The notes: generated by a model not told the origin, from the sequence alone. Counted from the stretch's first letter, positions 36,032 through 46,669 are shown. The stretch: 64,000 bases of DNA from Anaeroplasmataceae bacterium (GCA_051651765.1 JBOFSX010000214.1:1874-65873); one strand, 5' to 3'. Made by a program: numbers and translations.

Positions 36032-37540
36032 ATGCCAAAACCGAAAAAACAAAAAATACAGTATTTTAAAACATGTTTAAAAAATGTATTAGTGGAATTT
36101 GAGAATTACTTTGATGATCAAAGTGCTTCAGATTATGACGAATTCTTTATGTCTATAGCTTGTAAAAAGACTTATTCAAGAATCGCAGATATGATTGTAA
36201 AATCGAATAATACAGTATTAAATATTGATCATGAATTATCTGACATATTTATTACTACTTACTTTACTATTAAGTATTCTATTGATCGAGGAGAATATGA
36301 GAATAAGAGACCTGAAACTTTTATCAATGATTTAGTTTCATTATTATTCCCAGTTAATTTTGTTGACGTATTGATAAAATATGTGGACAAACACTACAAT
36401 ACAAATATTGATGAAAATATGGATTTGGACAGTCATAGATATGATAAAGGTACAACTTTCTTAGATCGACATTATAAAGTGTTGTATCTAATATCTACAA
36501 TGAGCAGATTGGTTATTCCAATGGTTACTCATTATATTTATAATAAAAAGAATATGGAAGACATAAATGGATTTATCATGAATGTGTTTATGGCATTATT
36601 CAAACTAGCACAAGCTGGTACTGATATGGAAATATATTCTAAGCTTCATCTATTCGTACACAGAGCAGTATCAAGAACACAATTCACTGATGCTATAATG
36701 TGGGATAGAATGAGAATCTTAGGTATTACTCCAGAGAATGTAATAGAAGACACGATCAATAAATTGATAACAAACGTTATTCCTAAATATGATTTTGCAC
36801 AAAATATTATGAATCTAAATACAGTAGTTATTAGAAAGTCTGTCATGTCTTATACTCTAAGAAAGAAAGATCCTTACACACTATTTTCATTAAGTAGTAA
36901 TGAGGGAAAATCTAATGATGAAGATTCTATCTTAACAGAAGTTGAGATATTTGATTCATATAATACACAACGAGATGAATCAGTTCTAATATTTAGAAAG
37001 TATGGTACGTCTCGAGATATAAGTGTAATTATTGCACGAGAAGGAATTGATGTAACACAAGAAGAAATAGATTTCTATAAGAAGTCTAAACGATATCATG
37101 ATCTACAGAAAACAGCAATCTATTATGTATTCTCAAGATACTTTAGTGGTATAGAGAATATAATTGGTGGATGTAAAAAAGAAGATTGGATCAGATTAAT
37201 TATAGTACTAAAGAAGATGTTAGATAGAGTTGGACTATCTTATTTATCTGAATTTATATCAGCAGAAAAAATAGAATTCTCTTATAAGAGATTGTCTAAA
37301 AATATTGATAATACTATAAATGAAGATCCTTTATATAAAGAAATTAAAGAGAAAAAATATGGACACGTTCAAGGAATGTTTGAGAAGAAAGATTATATTA
37401 AAAGTATGATAATTTCAATATTTAATAATACTTACACATATAATTCTTACAATAATCCTATGAATGGACAATATATAATAAAAGATGAAATGAGAATTAT
37501 TAAAGAAGTGCTAAGCTTCTTTAAGACATTTGTAATGTAA
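36032..37540 (+). CDS. hypothetical protein (502 aa)
   Basis: GGGAG RBS and terminator downstream. Confidence 0.85.
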   Translation: MPKPKKQKIQYFKTCLKNVLVEFENYFDDQSASDYDEFFMSIACKKTYSRIADMIVKSNNTVLNIDHELSDIFITTYFTIKYSIDRGEYENKRPETFINDLVSLLFPVNFVDVLIKYVDKHYNTNIDENMDLDSHRYDKGTTFLDRHYKVLYLISTMSRLVIPMVTHYIYNKKNMEDINGFIMNVFMALFKLAQAGTDMEIYSKLHLFVHRAVSRTQFTDAIMWDRMRILGITPENVIEDTINKLITNVIPKYDFAQNIMNLNTVVIRKSVMSYTLRKKDPYTLFSLSSNEGKSNDEDSILTEVEIFDSYNTQRDESVLIFRKYGTSRDISVIIAREGIDVTQEEIDFYKKSKRYHDLQKTAIYYVFSRYFSGIENIIGGCKKEDWIRLIIVLKKMLDRVGLSYLSEFISAEKIEFSYKRLSKNIDNTINEDPLYKEIKEKKYGHVQGMFEKKDYIKSMIISIFNNTYTYNSYNNPMNGQYIIKDEMRIIKEVLSFFKTFVM

Positions 37541-37543
37541 AAG

Positions 37544-37580
37544 AGAGTTCCATTATATAATGGAACTCTTTTATTTTTAT
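37544..37580 (+). terminator. rho-independent terminator
   Basis: AGAGTTCCATT / AATGGAACTCT stem followed by TTTATTTTTAT. Confidence 0.8.
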
Positions 37581-37592
37581 TATGGAGGAAAT

Positions 37593-38615
37593 ATGCTAAT
37601 ATTAAGTAATCGAAAAGATTATAGTGATATAAATAATATCGAAAAAATAAATGAAGTAAAACGAGAAATAATAATTTACACTAATAATATTAGTTTAGAT
37701 AGTAAAAAATCTAAAATAGCAATATTTAACTATTGCGTCCAAAATGGAAGTATAGGTGGAGTGCAATCACAAAAGGAATTATTGTATTCGATCAATATGT
37801 ATTTTGGAGATATAATAGATGAAGCTTTATTTGTGGAGCCTAGTGGTAAACTTGCTATTAATAAAAGTGCACTTATAAGAATCAATGATTATGGATATGT
37901 CTATAAAATGGTAGACAGATTCAAAGATTACGAATGTACAGTAAATATGTACGATGGTGTATTTAATGGTGAGTATGCTTTATTCAGCAATAAGTCTACA
38001 GACGGTTCTAGAATTATAGGTCCATCTGATCCTAGATTTTATAATTTAGATCATCAGATAGTTGCTACAGATGATGATTCAGTTTATTTTACAACCTATG
38101 GAGATTCAGTATGCTTTGACGAGATAGCTAGAAATGGTGGTGGTGTGGGTTATAGAATATGTGACTTATTAGATCCAAAAACATCAATAAGAGTTTCAAA
38201 TTTAAAAATAGATGATCCATATAAAACAATAGATGATGATGAATCTTTATTAGATTTTATAAATATCGCTATATGTAAAATTGAACATCATAGTCTTTAT
38301 ACACTAGCTTCATCTTATACTGTAATAATAGATAAAGAGTTAGGCTTCAATATAAAAGATATGAAAAGATCTTTTAAGGTAATGGATAAATCTGACGAGA
38401 AATTGCAGATTGCTTCGTTCTTTGAAATAGTTAAAGAAATATATGAAGATTTAAAAGACTCAATACATAATATTAGGCTTACTGTAATATATAAGGAATC
38501 TCAAACAAATGTATCTATTTTACCTATATTTAAAGATAAAGAGATAATGAATACGAATATTCCTGATTTACAAATAAAGCGATATGTTGAAGAAACATAC
38601 AACTCAATTAATTAA
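37593..38615 (+). CDS. hypothetical protein (340 aa), paralog family with 39729..40709
   Basis: ATG 37593 follows GGAGGA. The track start at 37560 lies inside the upstream terminator hairpin. Shared motif IIDKELGFNIKD versus IIDTKYGINIKN. Confidence 0.75.
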   Translation: MLILSNRKDYSDINNIEKINEVKREIIIYTNNISLDSKKSKIAIFNYCVQNGSIGGVQSQKELLYSINMYFGDIIDEALFVEPSGKLAINKSALIRINDYGYVYKMVDRFKDYECTVNMYDGVFNGEYALFSNKSTDGSRIIGPSDPRFYNLDHQIVATDDDSVYFTTYGDSVCFDEIARNGGGVGYRICDLLDPKTSIRVSNLKIDDPYKTIDDDESLLDFINIAICKIEHHSLYTLASSYTVIIDKELGFNIKDMKRSFKVMDKSDEKLQIASFFEIVKEIYEDLKDSIHNIRLTVIYKESQTNVSILPIFKDKEIMNTNIPDLQIKRYVEETYNSIN

Positions 38616-38644
38616 GTATATATTATTTTATGGAGGTTGAATAA

Positions 38645-39727
38645 ATGCTATTAGTTAAACCAGAAGTGGACAAAAAGCAATTGTATAAGAATGAATTAAA
38701 AGATTGTCGCATAAGAGGGTGTTCGAGAAAGATAATCTTCTTCATAGATAGGACGGAATATGAAGCAGGAACTTGTCATGTGGGCAAAGCTATACAAATT
38801 AATTTGAGTATGGAAGAAGGAACAGATATGAAATCATTTGGAGTTATGTCTCCAAATTCTAATACGATAAAGAATGCAGTATATAAATATGATGTATTCT
38901 TTCCGTATGGTCCTTCTAGTATAGATGATGCATCAATGATTTTAAGAGATGCATATTCTACAGAAGAAATAAATGATTTTGATAATAGGAATCAATATAG
39001 AAATGATATAGGATTATACAATAAAGAATTATCATCTGATACATATAAAATGGAAGCATTTAATTCTGTTGGAAAATTATTTCGAACATCTGTGATTCCA
39101 CTACCTAAATACTATACAGAAGAGCAACAAACAAAAGAAGAGGGTGATGCTTATAGTATTATATGGGTAGATCATGCATTGAATTATGACGCAGGAGATT
39201 TGATTGATCCGTTCACTATTGTTGAATTTCATGATATCAAAACCTATGATACGATGATCCCTTTCTTAGAAAGAGAGATTAAAGAAAAGTCTAATGAAAG
39301 TAATAATATCAATTCGGTGAATATAATATCAGACTTATTCATACCTACAACCGAATGTCTTTTAAATGGATACACATTCATTTATGATACACAAGATGGT
39401 ATGAATATCTTATCTAATAAACTTACAAGCATTCCTTTTGCTGAGTTTAGAATAAAAGAAAACATGATAGCTAATTTACAAGGAATGAAAGATTTAGTTG
39501 AATCTGAAGCTAAGTATATAGAAAAGAAATATGGCTCGATAAGAATGTATTATGTACCTCTTATGAGCGGTGACAAGTTGAGTATTAAGTATAAAGATTA
39601 TGCTAATGAAAATCAACCAGGATTTAATAAAACAGCTATTGATAAAGGTTATACTATAGCAGATAATTTATTAGGTCAATATAACGAAGTGTCGAATCAC
39701 TATACTAGTTTAGGATCGGAGTTTTAA
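38645..39727 (+). CDS. hypothetical protein (360 aa)
   Basis: GGAGG RBS. Confidence 0.8.
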   Translation: MLLVKPEVDKKQLYKNELKDCRIRGCSRKIIFFIDRTEYEAGTCHVGKAIQINLSMEEGTDMKSFGVMSPNSNTIKNAVYKYDVFFPYGPSSIDDASMILRDAYSTEEINDFDNRNQYRNDIGLYNKELSSDTYKMEAFNSVGKLFRTSVIPLPKYYTEEQQTKEEGDAYSIIWVDHALNYDAGDLIDPFTIVEFHDIKTYDTMIPFLEREIKEKSNESNNINSVNIISDLFIPTTECLLNGYTFIYDTQDGMNILSNKLTSIPFAEFRIKENMIANLQGMKDLVESEAKYIEKKYGSIRMYYVPLMSGDKLSIKYKDYANENQPGFNKTAIDKGYTIADNLLGQYNEVSNHYTSLGSEF

Positions 39728-39728
39728 A

Positions 39729-40709
39729 ATGCTTTTGTCTAAGCATGTATTTGAAGATAAGGCAGAAGTCTTAAAAGAATATAAATACGTCACAGTCAAC
39801 AATTCACTTACAAATATCAGATTGGATAATATAACTCTAAAGATGGAAAATAAAGAACAAATCTTGGAGAGATCTACTCATTTTGGTACTTTGTATTGTG
39901 ATATGTTTGAGGTGAATGATTTTATATTCTCTAAGACTAATATAGCAAATGGGACTATTTATAGTTTAGAATCGTCCGTCACTAATGCTATGTCAAATGG
40001 AACATCTTCATTATCAATGCCTAGTAATTTTATTCAGTTAGATGGTAAGCGTCCGAATATGTGGATCAATAAAGCATTATATGGTATTGATTCATTGATA
40101 GGATATAAAATGAGAAAAGCTTCGTTAGTAAATAATGTTACATTACCCATGAATGCTGATGTATATGAAGATACATTAAATCTATCATATTCCAGAACTA
40201 TAGGTAATCTGATTGCTGTTATTTCTCGAAGCTCATTCTCAATACCATTTAGATGTGATATTATAATTGATACTAAATATGGTATTAATATAAAAAATAT
40301 AAATTTACTAATAAATGATAGTGATATCAAAATGGCTTTTAAACAAGAACTTAAGTATTTATATAAAGCATTAAATACTCTAAATAAATCTATAAAACAC
40401 GAGTGTGATATCGAAGGAAGAGAACTTAGAATCTATGCTTCGGTCAGAGAGTTTGATATTTTTATAAATGTTGTGGATGTTGATACAAACACATCATTTA
40501 ATTTTCATATGAATAATTCTGATCACACAAGAGCTATGATGACTACTATGAGTCATCTAGGTAAGAATTGGAGCAATACAGATACATTTGGAGACTTAAT
40601 AGAAACTGAATGTGAAACTATTATCCCATCAATGTTTTGGATTGAAGATAGAAGATTTGCTTTTGAAACAGAAAGTATAACTGATAACTTTGAGGTTACT
40701 TATGGCTAA
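39729..40709 (+). CDS. hypothetical protein (326 aa), paralog family with 37593..38615
   Basis: Starts 1 nt after the upstream stop. CGGAG RBS. Confidence 0.8.
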   Translation: MLLSKHVFEDKAEVLKEYKYVTVNNSLTNIRLDNITLKMENKEQILERSTHFGTLYCDMFEVNDFIFSKTNIANGTIYSLESSVTNAMSNGTSSLSMPSNFIQLDGKRPNMWINKALYGIDSLIGYKMRKASLVNNVTLPMNADVYEDTLNLSYSRTIGNLIAVISRSSFSIPFRCDIIIDTKYGINIKNINLLINDSDIKMAFKQELKYLYKALNTLNKSIKHECDIEGRELRIYASVREFDIFINVVDVDTNTSFNFHMNNSDHTRAMMTTMSHLGKNWSNTDTFGDLIETECETIIPSMFWIEDRRFAFETESITDNFEVTYG

Positions 40710-41073
40710 ACGGATTGATAAAGCTAAAGAAGAATTAATACTATTATTAAAAGAACAGTCTTTGGAAATGGATAAGAAATTGGATGGTCATGGTATAAGT
40801 ATCGAATACGTAGATAGATGTCATTATATGAAAATGAAACATCCTGTTGTGAAGAATCAAACTATCTACGTATCTGGTAATACTGTGTTTTTATTAACTA
40901 GTTTGATAAATGATGTTAATTATTTAATAAATGAAACTCGGAAAAGCGATGAAGAACTAGAGCGTAAATTAAATGATATAATATTAATATTGCATAAAAT
41001 AGATAATGAAAATCGTTTAAAACCATACAATTATCATATAGAGATTAAAAACAAAATCGTCTATATATTATAA
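40702..41073 (+). CDS. hypothetical protein (123 aa)
   Basis: ATG 40702 overlaps the upstream stop (ATGGCTAA) with GAGG upstream. Preferred over the track TTG at 40690. Confidence 0.7.
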   Translation: MAKRIDKAKEELILLLKEQSLEMDKKLDGHGISIEYVDRCHYMKMKHPVVKNQTIYVSGNTVFLLTSLINDVNYLINETRKSDEELERKLNDIILILHKIDNENRLKPYNYHIEIKNKIVYIL

Positions 41074-41092
41074 AGGGAAGGAGAAGATATAA

Positions 41093-42049
41093 ATGAATAA
41101 CAGTACAGAAAAAATATATTGCTTATTGGAAAAGTATCTTTTTCCAATCCTTAAGTTTGCAAATATATACACAGATGAAAACGGGATATTAAGACCAGTA
41201 GGTCGAGATCCAACATTGTCATACCAAGAGGATAAACGAGAATTAGTAGTGGTTAACAATCACGCACGTTATTTGGAAATCAAATCTAAAAAAGATGATT
41301 ACCAAATATTCAATCCTTTTAGTATACCAAAACAATGTGTATTCCTAGCCAATATGGTAATGATGGCAGCAAACGAAAAAGATGATTCTAACGAAAATAA
41401 TAATGGTCTAGTATATGATGAAGACTTAGATGCATATATCCCTAAATCCGAGGATGATGCAAATGAAGATTTATCGAATATGGGATCAATAAAAATGTTT
41501 GAAAGTAGGGACAAGGATTTCATTCTTAACAGCAAAATAGTCTTTGCCAGGACTGATAAGAGTGGAAACCCAAAAGAAGAATTAGCTTCTTTTAGTCACT
41601 GCAATATTTTAATGGCCACGTTAGGTGGTATCATCAATTTGATCAAGTGTTTTCAAAGAACCATTACTCCTAATTTTGTAGCAACAGAATTAGCTATAAT
41701 GGACATTGAAAGAGAATTAAATCGGATTCAGATTATTAGAGAAAAAGAAAAGAAAGAAAAGGTTTCTAAGCTAGATATTAATCATATCGAAGACGAAGAG
41801 CAAATGTGTGAAGATATTAACGATGTGGATCAAAATGGTTATTTTATAGATCCATATATGAGCAATGACAGATTATTCTTTACGGAGGATAAAAAGTGGC
41901 AATACGATCCTGATGTGAGTGATTCTAAAATCCTTCGCAATATGATCCTGCCTGATTTCAAAACTGTGTCTGGTGATGAAGGTATAATGCAAGCATTAAC
42001 AGACATGAGCGATTTAAATCAATATCTCGATGTTGATTTTGAATGCTAA
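41093..42049 (+). CDS. hypothetical protein (318 aa)
   Basis: GAAGGAG RBS and terminator downstream. Confidence 0.8.
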   Translation: MNNSTEKIYCLLEKYLFPILKFANIYTDENGILRPVGRDPTLSYQEDKRELVVVNNHARYLEIKSKKDDYQIFNPFSIPKQCVFLANMVMMAANEKDDSNENNNGLVYDEDLDAYIPKSEDDANEDLSNMGSIKMFESRDKDFILNSKIVFARTDKSGNPKEELASFSHCNILMATLGGIINLIKCFQRTITPNFVATELAIMDIERELNRIQIIREKEKKEKVSKLDINHIEDEEQMCEDINDVDQNGYFIDPYMSNDRLFFTEDKKWQYDPDVSDSKILRNMILPDFKTVSGDEGIMQALTDMSDLNQYLDVDFEC

Positions 42050-42052
42050 TTT

Positions 42053-42083
42053 AAGAATGTGCTCTCGGGCACATTCTTTTTTT
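42053..42083 (+). terminator. rho-independent terminator
   Basis: AAGAATGTGC / GCACATTCTT stem followed by T7. Confidence 0.85.
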
Positions 42084-42099
42084 ATTTGTTAATGATTTT

Positions 42100-42113
42100 G
42101 ACATATTAATATA
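42100..42113 (+). promoter_or_regulatory. late-type variant GACATATTAATATA
   Basis: After terminator 42053-42083 and upstream of ATG 42130. Confidence 0.35.
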
Positions 42114-42129
42114 TAAAGAGAGGTAACTT

Positions 42130-45100
42130 ATGTCACTTATAGAAAATACATTTATTAATCAAGCATCTGTTCCAGATGTGAATGGTGGTGCTGCTGAAGC
42201 TAATGCTACTGGTGGTGCTGCAGCTGTAGATCCTAAGAATTCGGCGTTATCGAAATCATTAGACAGTGCAACAAATGCGATTAGTGAATCGTTATCAAAG
42301 AAACCTGGTGGTACATTATTCGAAGATGGAAAATTTGTATTCCCAGATAATTTATTAAAAGAATTTAAAATGGACTCATTAGTTGGTGGTATAGATGAAG
42401 CTATATCAAACGGGGCATCTGTACCAGATGCTTTATCTAACGGAGTTAACAATTTTGTAAATGATCATATAACTCAAATGAAGATGGATGCATCTGATAC
42501 TTGGGCTTATCTACAAATGGCTGGTGGTAATTTTTTAACTAATATATTAGGTAAATTAAAAGGATTGCTATTGTCTAGGATTTATGTATCTGATATAGTC
42601 TTCTTAGCTGGTTTAGGTCCTATAGGATTAACCGGTTCATTAGTCGACTATAAAGATAATTATGTAAGGAAATTGTGTTTAAAACATGATATGCCTTTGT
42701 CATTAAAATATGTAGATAATCGTTTAGGTGTTCGATATACTGTGGATAATAATAAAGCTTTAAACGATGCTACTAAAGCAGCGAAGTATGGATCTATCGA
42801 AGTTTGTTTTTATATAATTGGTGAGCTATACAAAGAGTTAATAGATCTTAAGAACTGTTATCCTTTGCCTAGAAACTATGATAGAAAAAGTCAAGAATCA
42901 AATAAGAAAGCAATGGAAAACCAAGTAGAAGATTTTAAAAGACTATTATCTACTTATGAAGAAGGAACTCCATTGTATATCGCTTTACAATTAAGAATAG
43001 CAGATTATCAAAGTAAGATAGATGGTATGTTTATAAATAAAGAAGATAAGTATTTGGAAGACCCTGCTTATTTAAAGATACAATCTTTAATAACTAAGAG
43101 TAGGAAAATGATACACAAAATAATGAAATACGTTATAACCTATTCTTATTCTAATCTTCATTGTGGTAAGATAAGAGAAGTATCTAAAAAATATGATTTA
43201 AATGCTTCTGCATTTGGTACAACAGATAAAGAGTTTGGTAAAGCAGCTCTTATTAATTCTAGTGATATCAATGTAATTGCCCCGATAGTAAAACCAGATA
43301 AGAATAAGACTTTAACAGGTTCTGTTAACGATTTTACTAAGAGTAATGGAATAGTACCTGATACTGATATTAAGTTTATTACTTTGAGGAATGTTAATAT
43401 AAAGAGTATTTATGTTTCATTAGCTTCTAAGAATATTAATAATATGAATATGGTTAATAAACCATTATATGAAAGATTAAAGATGCCAGTCTATAGTACT
43501 GTGATTAGTGGTGTAGATAGTGCATTGTCTGGATTATTAAAAGTGGGTATTGGTAAAACAGTTGTAGGTGCTCTCAATTCTATAGAAGAAGCATTTTATG
43601 TATATGGTAAATCTTTAGAACCATATCTTTATAATGCATCTAAAGTGCAATATATTAGCTATAATGATTTATCATCTCTACCAGATCCTGATGATGTAGA
43701 ATCAAAATCAGACAAGAAAGGATCTAATGGTCGTGAAGATATAAAAGATAGTGGCGCAGCAGATCCTGGAAAGAACTCTACTGGCGATCCAGCTCCTCCA
43801 GAAATAAGCTCTACCGATAAGATTGTTGAATCTATGACAATGGCTGATTTAGATAAATTCATAATGAAACACACAGATCTTACAGAGAAAGATTTAAGTG
43901 AGATGACTTATGAGGCTAAAGTTATTTTAGCTAAAAAGATTATAGCCGATAAAGGAATTTCATCAGATGATCTAATCGATGACTTATCAGAAGAATCATT
44001 AAAAGATTATATTGAAAATAATGATCCATCTATTAATCCTGGAGATCTTGATGGTATGACAGAAGAAGAATTAAAAGATATAGTTAAAGAGACTAATAAA
44101 GCTTATGAGCTAGATCTTAATTCACATCCTGTAGATCATATGAGTATAGAGAGTATTAAACAATATCTTAAAAATCATTTTGGTTATAAAGAAAGCGTTA
44201 TGCATAAAGAAAGCGATACTTGGATTAAAGCTAGATTTAAAAGAGAAATTACACCAACTAGGAAAATAATTTATTATCCTAAGAGTGTGAATACAAATAC
44301 TAAGTTTAAATCCTATGATGCTGAGGGATTTCCTATCATGGGATATCCGGATGAGAAAACTTTAACTGATGCTGTAAATAAGAATCAAATTGGTTATTTC
44401 TCGAAGACTAATAGAAATGCATTTCCTATTACATCTACAGCACATATATGCCCTATTATAGGATATGATTGTTATGGTAAAGCTATGTATGGCGTTCCTA
44501 TATTCTACCCAGAATCCGATCCTATTTGTACAGACTTTAGAGGTATAGCAGTTTTTAACTATGTTAGAGATGTATCACCTTTAGAAGAAATCAATTCTAC
44601 TGAATCAGAAGTTAGAAAGAATGTTGATGATAATAATAAAGAGATAGCAAATATTAATCAATATATAGCTAATGGAGCATCTGGTGTTTTAAAATTAAGA
44701 TATGATAATCAATTGACTAATCTTAAGAATGAGAATAAGATACTAAATGATTTACTAGATACTATTAAGATTAAACCTGTAACTGGATATAATGAATTAG
44801 GTGATCCTGTGTTTAGTATTATCAATCCTTTATATGATGTAACAACTCCTGACAATATTAAGTGTTTAGGTTATGATCAAGATGGTAAACCTATCTATGA
44901 GATAAATGATAAAGGAAAAACTATTATAGGGTATAGAGCAAATAATGGATTGTCATATGGAACAAGATTATTAACACCTATAGGCAAAGATAAAGATGAT
45001 CAGGTTATATATGGATATGATTCTGATAATAAACCTATATATGGTTTTACAAGTTCTGGTACACCTGTTATATCTATTACTTATGATAATAAAGGAAAAA

Positions 45101-45852
45101 TAGTTTCTTATAAAGAATCTGATAAACAGAAGAAGAATGTTATAGGTAGAACCGAAGATGGTGAGGACATTTATTATTATAATAATAATGGTAGTCCTAT
45201 CATTAGTTATGATGAAGATAATAATGGAATTGTAAAAGTTGATAATAAAGAGATTAATATGAAGTTGACAAATGTCGATAGTAAGATATACGAATTAACA
45301 GTATCTTCATCTTCATATATAATCGAATATGTATTATTAAAATTCCCAGATTATTCTAACGACGATGCTTTAAAGTATATATTAGAACACGGTTTAGAGA
45401 AAGTCTATAACGATTATCTTAATGATACTGAAATTGATAAGTCTGCTTTAAATATTAGTGGTGAAATGATTGCTAGATACATTAGTGAGATTAATAGTGC
45501 TAAGAGCGAAATGAATATCTATGAAAGGATATTAAATGAAGTTCCTACACCACCTGTTATAGGATTTGATTCTAACAATGTTCCTATATTAGGTAAAGCT
45601 CTTATTCATGTAACTATTGACGATTTACCTACTATTAAGTATAGTAATAAGACTGGCATGGACTATGGTATGGTTCTCACACAAGATAGTTTAAAAGATG
45701 GAAATCAAACATCAATATTAGATAAACCTGATTTTGATATAGATAAATCATTCAAAGCTGTTGAAAGAGAAATCATAGCAATGGACAATGGTGCTCAAAA
45801 TAATGGATTGGTTTTAAAGGCGATATACATGCCTAAAGATCCAGAAATGTAA
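42130..45852 (+). CDS. large hypothetical protein (1240 aa) with YD-like short repeats
   Basis: AGAGAGG RBS. The central and C-terminal part carries reiterated G(Y/F)D..G.P(I/V)(Y/F)G units, e.g. VIYGYDSDNKPIYGFTSSGTPVISITYDNKGKIVSY. Confidence 0.85.
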   Translation: MSLIENTFINQASVPDVNGGAAEANATGGAAAVDPKNSALSKSLDSATNAISESLSKKPGGTLFEDGKFVFPDNLLKEFKMDSLVGGIDEAISNGASVPDALSNGVNNFVNDHITQMKMDASDTWAYLQMAGGNFLTNILGKLKGLLLSRIYVSDIVFLAGLGPIGLTGSLVDYKDNYVRKLCLKHDMPLSLKYVDNRLGVRYTVDNNKALNDATKAAKYGSIEVCFYIIGELYKELIDLKNCYPLPRNYDRKSQESNKKAMENQVEDFKRLLSTYEEGTPLYIALQLRIADYQSKIDGMFINKEDKYLEDPAYLKIQSLITKSRKMIHKIMKYVITYSYSNLHCGKIREVSKKYDLNASAFGTTDKEFGKAALINSSDINVIAPIVKPDKNKTLTGSVNDFTKSNGIVPDTDIKFITLRNVNIKSIYVSLASKNINNMNMVNKPLYERLKMPVYSTVISGVDSALSGLLKVGIGKTVVGALNSIEEAFYVYGKSLEPYLYNASKVQYISYNDLSSLPDPDDVESKSDKKGSNGREDIKDSGAADPGKNSTGDPAPPEISSTDKIVESMTMADLDKFIMKHTDLTEKDLSEMTYEAKVILAKKIIADKGISSDDLIDDLSEESLKDYIENNDPSINPGDLDGMTEEELKDIVKETNKAYELDLNSHPVDHMSIESIKQYLKNHFGYKESVMHKESDTWIKARFKREITPTRKIIYYPKSVNTNTKFKSYDAEGFPIMGYPDEKTLTDAVNKNQIGYFSKTNRNAFPITSTAHICPIIGYDCYGKAMYGVPIFYPESDPICTDFRGIAVFNYVRDVSPLEEINSTESEVRKNVDDNNKEIANINQYIANGASGVLKLRYDNQLTNLKNENKILNDLLDTIKIKPVTGYNELGDPVFSIINPLYDVTTPDNIKCLGYDQDGKPIYEINDKGKTIIGYRANNGLSYGTRLLTPIGKDKDDQVIYGYDSDNKPIYGFTSSGTPVISITYDNKGKIVSYKESDKQKKNVIGRTEDGEDIYYYNNNGSPIISYDEDNNGIVKVDNKEINMKLTNVDSKIYELTVSSSSYIIEYVLLKFPDYSNDDALKYILEHGLEKVYNDYLNDTEIDKSALNISGEMIARYISEINSAKSEMNIYERILNEVPTPPVIGFDSNNVPILGKALIHVTIDDLPTIKYSNKTGMDYGMVLTQDSLKDGNQTSILDKPDFDIDKSFKAVEREIIAMDNGAQNNGLVLKAIYMPKDPEM

Positions 45853-45858
45853 CAAATA

Positions 45859-45893
45859 AATACTCTGGGATTATTCCCAGAGTATTCTTTTTT
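45859..45893. terminator. bidirectional terminator
   Basis: AATACTCTGGGA / TCCCAGAGTATT stem with T-rich flanks on both strands. Confidence 0.8.
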
Positions 45894-46260
45894 AGTATGG
45901 TAACACTGTAGACATATTGACTACATCCATCTTATTAGAGTTCTCTAAAGCCGCATAAGCTTCAGGATACTTCTCTTTAAATTTAGCTAATAGATCTGGT
46001 GATACATCAAGAATAGTGATACATTCAATTTGATTGTACGGTATAACTATCTCCTGGATACCTGTATTCATAAATGCTGAACCAAATGTAGGTTCATTTC
46101 TAGTCATTGATGAAATATTGAATTTGGCTATGAATCTAACCATATCTGGATCACTGGTTACATCATAACAAAATCCATCATTAAATACATACGAATTAAT
46201 CATAATAGAAAACTTTCTATTATTCTTTACACAATCTACAATTTTTTCTTTTATAGTCAT
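45892..46260 (-). CDS. hypothetical protein (122 aa), tandem paralog A
   Basis: ATGA overlap with the upstream paralog. Shared NRKFS...FRF(I/V)AK(F/Y)N...PTFG...VQE(I/V)VIPYNQI...KKYPEAY. Confidence 0.8.
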   Translation of the reverse strand: MTIKEKIVDCVKNNRKFSIMINSYVFNDGFCYDVTSDPDMVRFIAKFNISSMTRNEPTFGSAFMNTGIQEIVIPYNQIECITILDVSPDLLAKFKEKYPEAYAALENSNKMDVVNMSTVLPY

Positions 46261-46631
46261 TTTACATCTCCTTGTTTCCCCGGTACTTTTGAGGGGTAAA
46301 TAACATATTCGACTTTATTAGCATTTTCCCATTTGACATAAGCTTCAGGGTATTTCTTTTTAAAGTCATCCAACAGATCTGGGGCTACATCCAGTACATT
46401 GATTGAAAGTATTTGGTTATATGGAATAACCACTTCTTGGACTCCGGAGTTTTCACCATTACCGAATGTAGGATTAAATCTTACTAATGAAGTGTTATTA
46501 TATTTGGCAACAAATCTAAATAATCCAGGATCACTAGCATCTCCTACATACATATCCAAAAACGTATACTTGTCAACTTGTACTGAGAACTTCCGATTAT
46601 TGTTTAACAATTTTAAAACAGTTTCTCTCAT
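46257..46631 (-). CDS. hypothetical protein (124 aa), tandem paralog B
   Basis: Paralog of 45892..46260, with an AACG-N6-TATA motif upstream. Preferred over antisense ORF 46399..46635. Confidence 0.8.
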   Translation of the reverse strand: MRETVLKLLNNNRKFSVQVDKYTFLDMYVGDASDPGLFRFVAKYNNTSLVRFNPTFGNGENSGVQEVVIPYNQILSINVLDVAPDLLDDFKKKYPEAYVKWENANKVEYVIYPSKVPGKQGDVK

Positions 46632-46655
46632 ATAGTATCCTAAGTATTAAATTTA

Positions 46656-46669
46656 TATATTTATACGTT
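46656..46669 (-). promoter_or_regulatory. late-type promoter-like motif AACGTATAAATATA
   Basis: Upstream of ATG 46631. Confidence 0.4.
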
